Shown: one piece after another, positions 24,151-28,925 of the stretch | How the letters are laid out: each line of letters begins with the position of its first letter | Position numbering within the stretch: position 1 is the stretch's first letter | Source: a virus | Lineage: Duplodnaviria > Caudoviricetes | Virus record (IMG/VR): IMGVR_UViG_3300006191_000021 | Location: 1-28,925 of that record | DNA: 28,925 bases | Strand: one strand, 5' to 3' | Notes under the pieces: model-generated | The model's input: the letters and a program-made list of their open reading frames with translations, nothing else | Database searches by the model: none | What the model was told of the DNA's origin: nothing | Translations under genes and position numbers: made by a program

Positions 24151-25833
24151 TTAAACCCCACAGCTTCCACCATGACCCGTGATGTCACAGATGTCATGTG
24201 TCTCTAGTCCTTCCTCGAACTCCTCACCCAGCTTGTCTACAGCCTCACTATAAGGCACACTGCTAAGAGGTTGTCCTCCTCTGCATCCGTCAGGGTACAC
24301 GGTGAAACCTCGCAGCCTGTGGGCATAACTAGCAAGAGTATTAGCAAAGTCCTCAACAGTGTCTTCATTGTTAAGCTTGCTTCCCCACTCTGGTAGATTG
24401 ATCGTGCTGCTGATAGACATATCCACGTAGTCTTGTACATCAGCTTGGAACTTCATCCTGCGTTTATAATCACTAGCTAAGTCTAAGGCAGATTCAATGT
24501 TCTCTGGATTGGTACCATAGAGGTCAATGATCTCCTGCGCCGCACTGTCTACCACGTACTGGTAGTGCCACTTGCTACCGCCTTTAAGGTACCTACGCTT
24601 GTACGACACAGCGAAGATAGGCTCAACACCAGTAGAAGTACCAGCAAGGATACCAATGCTGCCAGTAGGAGCGATAGCCCGGTTAGCAACAGGGCGAGTG
24701 ATGCCGAAATGATCAGCAGTTTCTCTACTGACCTTATCACTGACACCTTTGTACACTGAGAGCCACTGGTGCAGCTCATCGCTGACTTCATACTTCTGAC
24801 CCTTCTTGATAAGCCATTCGTGCATACCCATCAGACCTAGACCAAGCCTACGGTTCTTCTCTCGCGTCTCATACACCTTATCATAAGGCAGCTTAGCTTT
24901 CATCGTACCACAGATCAGGAACTTGGTGGCTAGCTCTACCACCTCAGAGAACTCCTTAAGGCTAGTGATGCGTCCCATGTTGATAGAACCAAGGTTGCAC
25001 ACGTCGCTATCGTCAGCGCTGGTCACTTCGGTGCAAGCGTTTCGGAGTGTCTCATCCTCTTTATCAAAGAAGTTAAAGCTAAAACCAGGCTCTGCTGTTT
25101 TCAATGCCTGTTTGACATTGGTCATAAACGTATGTCCTACTTCCCCTGTCTTCCAGTAATTGAGCAACCACTCAGTGTCATAATTGACACTAACGTTGGT
25201 CATATCTAGGGGAGCATTGTAGTTAAAGTCCTGCTCTTTAATCTGACCTATGTTGAAACCTGTCTGACCAACGTCCATGTCGTACCAGTTCTTACTCGAC
25301 AAGAACGCACCAATGTCACGGTGTTTCCAGTTCAAGCTGGCGTAGATAGCAGAACGCCTAGAACCACCCTGCATAACCCTGCGGCCAATTTCGTTGATCA
25401 TCTGCATCTTAGGGATAGGACCACTGGACAATCCCCCTGTTTTACTAAGACCAGAACCTTCGGGACGGTAGATAGAATAATCAATACCTATGCCACCACC
25501 CGTCATCAGACAAGACTCGGACTTCCAACTAAGGTTAGCCCAATCTTCACGACTGTCCTCTTCTGCTTTCAACAGGTAGCAGTTGTTGAAGAACTTGTTG
25601 GGACGACCAGCGTAATACAGATAACGACCACCGGGGATAAACTTAAGTTCTCGTACCATCTCTGTAAGAGTATCTACTTCTTCCTTTGTGAGCAAGTCAC
25701 CGCATACATCGTCTACCAAAGTCTTAGCTAAGTCATGCCAAGTCATGCACCCTTCATGGGCATACTTGTGCTTGAATATATCCTCGCTAAACTTGGAGCG
25801 GAACATTGGGTTCTCGTTGGATTTAAAAGTCAT
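24151..25833 (-). CDS. nrdJ: Ribonucleotide reductase, probably class II (adenosylcobalamin-dependent)
   Basis: 'PGGR', 'NNCY', thiyl-radical motif 'NACTE', 'CNLGS', 'RRLGLG', 'IAPTGSI' and C-terminal Cys pair 'CDITGHGGSC'. It is compact, with no ATP cone and no beta subunit in the window. Confidence 0.85.
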   Translation of the reverse strand: MTFKSNENPMFRSKFSEDIFKHKYAHEGCMTWHDLAKTLVDDVCGDLLTKEEVDTLTEMVRELKFIPGGRYLYYAGRPNKFFNNCYLLKAEEDSREDWANLSWKSESCLMTGGGIGIDYSIYRPEGSGLSKTGGLSSGPIPKMQMINEIGRRVMQGGSRRSAIYASLNWKHRDIGAFLSSKNWYDMDVGQTGFNIGQIKEQDFNYNAPLDMTNVSVNYDTEWLLNYWKTGEVGHTFMTNVKQALKTAEPGFSFNFFDKEDETLRNACTEVTSADDSDVCNLGSINMGRITSLKEFSEVVELATKFLICGTMKAKLPYDKVYETREKNRRLGLGLMGMHEWLIKKGQKYEVSDELHQWLSVYKGVSDKVSRETADHFGITRPVANRAIAPTGSIGILAGTSTGVEPIFAVSYKRRYLKGGSKWHYQYVVDSAAQEIIDLYGTNPENIESALDLASDYKRRMKFQADVQDYVDMSISSTINLPEWGSKLNNEDTVEDFANTLASYAHRLRGFTVYPDGCRGGQPLSSVPYSEAVDKLGEEFEEGLETHDICDITGHGGSCGV

Positions 25834-25996
25834 TGCAGTCTACCGGCCTTAAGTTAAATTTATGAATGTTCTCAGCTAACTCTTCTCTCAATAAGTCTAA
25901 CAGCTTCAGCGAGTCTATGTCCAGTAAATCTACAATCTCTTCACAGCTGTACGCTTGACTAATATCCAGAAGCTGCTCCTCAGAAAGCGTGTTCAC
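25823..25996 (-). CDS. Small acidic hypothetical protein (57 aa)
   Basis: GTG at 25996 with SD GGAGG (26007-26003); MNTLSEEQLLDISQAYSCEEIVDLLDIDS... It bridges the nuclease and RNR genes. Confidence 0.7.
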   Translation of the reverse strand: MNTLSEEQLLDISQAYSCEEIVDLLDIDSLKLLDLLREELAENIHKFNLRPVDCNDF

Positions 25997-26819
25997 TTTG
26001 TGCCTCCTGTTTAACTTTCTCCTTGCCAACAAGGAACACCGGGCGACCTGAGCGGAACTTAGTCTCCAGTTCGTCTCCCCAACATGTCTGCTTATGAGAA
26101 CAGTATGAGCAATTGATACCAAGCTTGGCACGACCAGACTGCTTGTCTAGTACCGTATCAAAATGTTTCTTAGGCGGCTCTGGCAGGGCAACATCGTGCT
26201 TGATGCTGGCAATCTTGGCACTGGTATCCTCAATTTCGTGATGCGTATAGGTTGCTAGCTCTCCGCCAGACTTGTCAAAGGCCAAGAACGTACCGCTCTT
26301 CTTGCCGAAGGCGTTGGCATAGCCGCTGATCTGGCTGATATAACCAAAGGCATCGTCATCAGGCAGCGTACCATTCTTGAACTTCTTCATGCTGAATGCA
26401 CTGGCAGACTTAACATCTACAAGCTCGCCATCTATGAAACAATCGATGTGTCCCTTGATGTCGTCTATCTCAATCTCAGCTTGCATCTCAGTCACAGAAT
26501 GCCCAGCTTCCTTAGCCAAGTAGATCAACAGTGCTTCAACAATGTCACCTACAATGAACTTGAGCTTGGTCTGTGGCGTAAAGCTCTCAGCTTGGTCATC
26601 GCCGTTGATGTCGTACCACAATGCCCTGCTGCATGGCTTGCCAATGTTAGACATACGCAGCTTGGGGTTAGGCGCGGCTTGGCTGACCCATAACTGTTTA
26701 CGCATGGAGTCCATCACAGTGGCACCTAGCTCAAACAGTAGCCCTTGGTCTGGCTTCTTCTTACCGTTAGACACCAAGTCGTAGATGTCGTCTACCAGTG
26801 TATCAATCGTCTTTGTCAT
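25980..26819 (-). CDS. Cas4-like PD-(D/E)xK exonuclease
   Basis: 'KPCSRALWY', 'IKGHID..LVDVKS', 'Q..GY' and 'CSYCSHKQTC' give the 1+3 Cys Fe-S arrangement. Confidence 0.85.
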   Translation of the reverse strand: MTKTIDTLVDDIYDLVSNGKKKPDQGLLFELGATVMDSMRKQLWVSQAAPNPKLRMSNIGKPCSRALWYDINGDDQAESFTPQTKLKFIVGDIVEALLIYLAKEAGHSVTEMQAEIEIDDIKGHIDCFIDGELVDVKSASAFSMKKFKNGTLPDDDAFGYISQISGYANAFGKKSGTFLAFDKSGGELATYTHHEIEDTSAKIASIKHDVALPEPPKKHFDTVLDKQSGRAKLGINCSYCSHKQTCWGDELETKFRSGRPVFLVGKEKVKQEAQSEHAF

Positions 26820-27402
26820 ATTCCACCTTCACTATGTTTTTATGATAAGAGCGTTTTCCGTTTTTGACACCACTCAAGTTTGCGTGATTGTAACCATGAC
26901 GCTCAGCAAACTCTCTTACAGACATATTCTCAATCCTATGCTCAACACCGTTGTCGTAAGTTATGGTAAACGGGCCTATGTATTTATGATGGCTAATACC
27001 ACTTGTGCATTTGTAGCTCTCAACTGGCCTGAAGAACCTCTTACCACCAATGTTCTTATTGTAATAATCATCACTCCCAAGAACATCCAGATCAACCTGT
27101 ACCTTCATCTCATTGTAGTACAGGTCACGTTTGTTTTTACATAGTAAAAGTATAACAAAACTGAAAGCTCTCTTTCCAAACTTCTTTATGTCCGGTTCAA
27201 GATATTTAGAACTTGAACAGTAGTATTTCCAATTACTCTCCGTTGTTCTCTTTGTCTTCTTATATCTATACAGGTGCTTGCAACCTATATAACTCTTGCC
27301 GGACTCTTTGTGGGTAATCTGGTAGACAAATCCAAAATGATCTCCCGGATTGAATCTGCCTACCAGACTAGTGCCCCAGTGCCCGTACTTGGGCGCTCCC
27401 AC
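26803..27402 (-). CDS. Free-standing GIY-YIG (Seg-like) endonuclease
   Basis: 'GFVYQITHKESGKSYIG', 'Y.SSS', a conserved Glu and 'YYNKNI'. The C-terminal 'SVREFAERHGYNHANLSGVKNGKR' is NUMOD/HTH-like. Confidence 0.8.
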   Translation of the reverse strand: MGAPKYGHWGTSLVGRFNPGDHFGFVYQITHKESGKSYIGCKHLYRYKKTKRTTESNWKYYCSSSKYLEPDIKKFGKRAFSFVILLLCKNKRDLYYNEMKVQVDLDVLGSDDYYNKNIGGKRFFRPVESYKCTSGISHHKYIGPFTITYDNGVEHRIENMSVREFAERHGYNHANLSGVKNGKRSYHKNIVKVEYDKDD

Positions 27403-27855
27403 TTAGAACGGAACGTCGTCGTTAAGATCGTCCACTGCTCCAGCCTTTGGTTTATCATCAAAGCCCTTGTCCTTGTTCTCTGGGACAAACTCCACCGGGT
27501 CAGTAATCTTCACAGCGTTCATAAAGGTGGTAATACCAGTACCAAAGCTGTTGTTATAGGGGCGCTGGCTGACCTTTACCACAGCCTTACTGCCGCTGCT
27601 GAGCATGGTAGGACCGCCATAGTCGTTGCCCTCTGCGTCGAACAGCTGGGGCTTATAGTTACTCTTAAGCTGGACATAAGCCATGCCGTCCATCTTACCG
27701 TCGTCCTGCTTAACAGTAAGGCCAATGTTCTTGGCGTTCTTAACCTGGTCACCTTCAAGACCAAGCGCCACACTGTAGCGGTCGAACTTGTCCATCTTGT
27801 CGAAGATGAAAGGGAAAAACATTGTGCCTTCAAGGTATGTAAATGAGTTAGCCAT
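27403..27855 (-). CDS. ssb: Single-stranded DNA-binding protein (gp2.5-like)
   Basis: Beta-rich OB-like core with an acidic tail ending 'DDLNDDVPF', immediately downstream of the polymerase. Confidence 0.75.
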   Translation of the reverse strand: MANSFTYLEGTMFFPFIFDKMDKFDRYSVALGLEGDQVKNAKNIGLTVKQDDGKMDGMAYVQLKSNYKPQLFDAEGNDYGGPTMLSSGSKAVVKVSQRPYNNSFGTGITTFMNAVKITDPVEFVPENKDKGFDDKPKAGAVDDLNDDVPF

Positions 27856-28925
27856 TAGTGTATCTCGCTCCAGTTGTTTCCAGTTTGAACATCGCAGTCT
27901 AGTTCACAGCTTAAATTGTACGCTTTGTTAACTTGACGTATAGATAGTATAACACAGTCCTTAGCTGAATCAACATCTTTATCTGATGTTTCTAAAACTA
28001 ATTCGTCATGCACCATTGCTACGATCTTGGCATCTAATTTTCTCCTTCTCAGGTGGTAGTCTACGTACATGAACCACTTCTTCATCAGCACCGCAGAGCT
28101 ACCTTGGATCAATGTGTTCAGTGATGCATGGGCTGAGCGTACTCTAAGAACCCTGCCGTCCAGTGCCAGTAGCTTACCTTGGCTCTGGCCCTTACGCATC
28201 ACCGCTTCAGACAACCGCTTATACGCTGGCATATTCGCCATAAACCTTTGACGAAGTTCCGCCCCGTCCTTGGCCGATCCGTTAACGACACTCCCGATCT
28301 TTGCGTCTCCCGCTCCATAGAGAAGCGCGTAGATGAACGTCTTAGCTTGCGCTCTATTTTCCAGACCAGCCATCTGTTGATTAGCTGTGTGTACGTCACC
28401 TTCCAGTACCTCCTGTGTAAATTTAGGGTCGTTCATATAGTGAGCCAAGACACGTAGCTCAAGACCCGCAGCGTCGGTGTCTAGCAGCACCTTGCCTTGT
28501 CCAGCTTCCCACAGTGACCTGCACTCTGTACCGTACTCTGAGCGCACCGCAGGAACCTGTTGCAAGTTAGGACTTACGCAGCTCATGCGGTTTGTCACAG
28601 CACCTAACGTCCGATACCTACAATGTACCCTACCCTGTTCAGAACAAGCCTTGATCCACGCCTTGATCAATGCGGAACGCTTCTGAAGCAGAAAGTATCT
28701 AGCTAATGTCTGCGCCACTGGTAGCTTGCAGACTTTCAATGTCTTCTCGTCTACCTTTGGCTTGCCACTGGGCGTTCTAGCAGTAGGTTTCCACCCTAGT
28801 TCTATCAGCCTGTTTGCTATCTGTTGCCTACTGGCAGGATTAAACTCTGTCACCTTATCCTTCAGGCGCTTTCCCGTCTTCAAAGAATGACGTTCTTCTA
28901 CGATAGGTGGGAACATCTCTATGCA
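27855..28925 (-). CDS. polA: DNA polymerase family A, polymerase domain (5' partial)
   Basis: Motif A 'DAAGLELR', motif B 'RAQAKTFIYALLYG' and motif C 'VHDE'. The frame is open to the window edge. Confidence 0.95.
   Translation of the reverse strand, partial: CIEMFPPIVEERHSLKTGKRLKDKVTEFNPASRQQIANRLIELGWKPTARTPSGKPKVDEKTLKVCKLPVAQTLARYFLLQKRSALIKAWIKACSEQGRVHCRYRTLGAVTNRMSCVSPNLQQVPAVRSEYGTECRSLWEAGQGKVLLDTDAAGLELRVLAHYMNDPKFTQEVLEGDVHTANQQMAGLENRAQAKTFIYALLYGAGDAKIGSVVNGSAKDGAELRQRFMANMPAYKRLSEAVMRKGQSQGKLLALDGRVLRVRSAHASLNTLIQGSSAVLMKKWFMYVDYHLRRRKLDAKIVAMVHDELVLETSDKDVDSAKDCVILSIRQVNKAYNLSCELDCDVQTGNNWSEIH

Noticed and set aside
25997-26131. N-terminal extension of the 25823 ORF
   Set aside because: It lies inside the exonuclease gene, and a GGAGG SD supports the GTG at 25996.
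25980-26819. CRISPR-Cas locus
   Set aside because: A solo Cas4-like nuclease is common in phage replication modules. No repeat-spacer array or other cas genes were seen.
326-28686. Numerous antisense or alternate-frame ORFs (e.g. 4396-4908, 6052-6621, 15749-16213, 27274-27846)
   Set aside because: They are shadows of well-supported genes, with no recognisable motifs.
1-28925. TGCA at both window ends as a terminal repeat
   Set aside because: It is only 4 nt and both ends cut through genes, so it is most likely chance.

Overview
About 29 kb from a tailed, podovirus-type phage. It is probably lytic and from a marine or aquatic Proteobacterium, though the host is inferred. There are two convergent arms. 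The + strand (1-23589) carries packaging and morphogenesis genes: terminase small and large subunits, portal, tail fibre, scaffold, major capsid, adaptor, tail stabilisation protein, ejection proteins, lysozyme and holin-like genes. The - strand (23582-28925) carries replication and nucleotide genes: family A DNA polymerase (partial), SSB, GIY-YIG endonuclease, Cas4-like PD-(D/E)xK nuclease, class II ribonucleotide reductase and a 2OG-Fe(II) oxygenase. The most unusual element is a tightly coupled four-gene cassette (5241-8618) directly behind the tail fibre: gp38-like polyglycine adhesin, QueC-like PP-loop protein, TauD-family dioxygenase and an orphan TctC/Bug lipoprotein. It is followed by a near-consensus sigma70 promoter. 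Other points are an apparent frameshift in the scaffold gene, a metallothionein-like Cys-rich ORF, a beta-barrel-like protein without a signal peptide among the ejection genes, and three small ORFs missed by the ORF track. I found no tRNA, rRNA, CRISPR array or integrase. All family calls come from motif recognition by eye; no database search was run.
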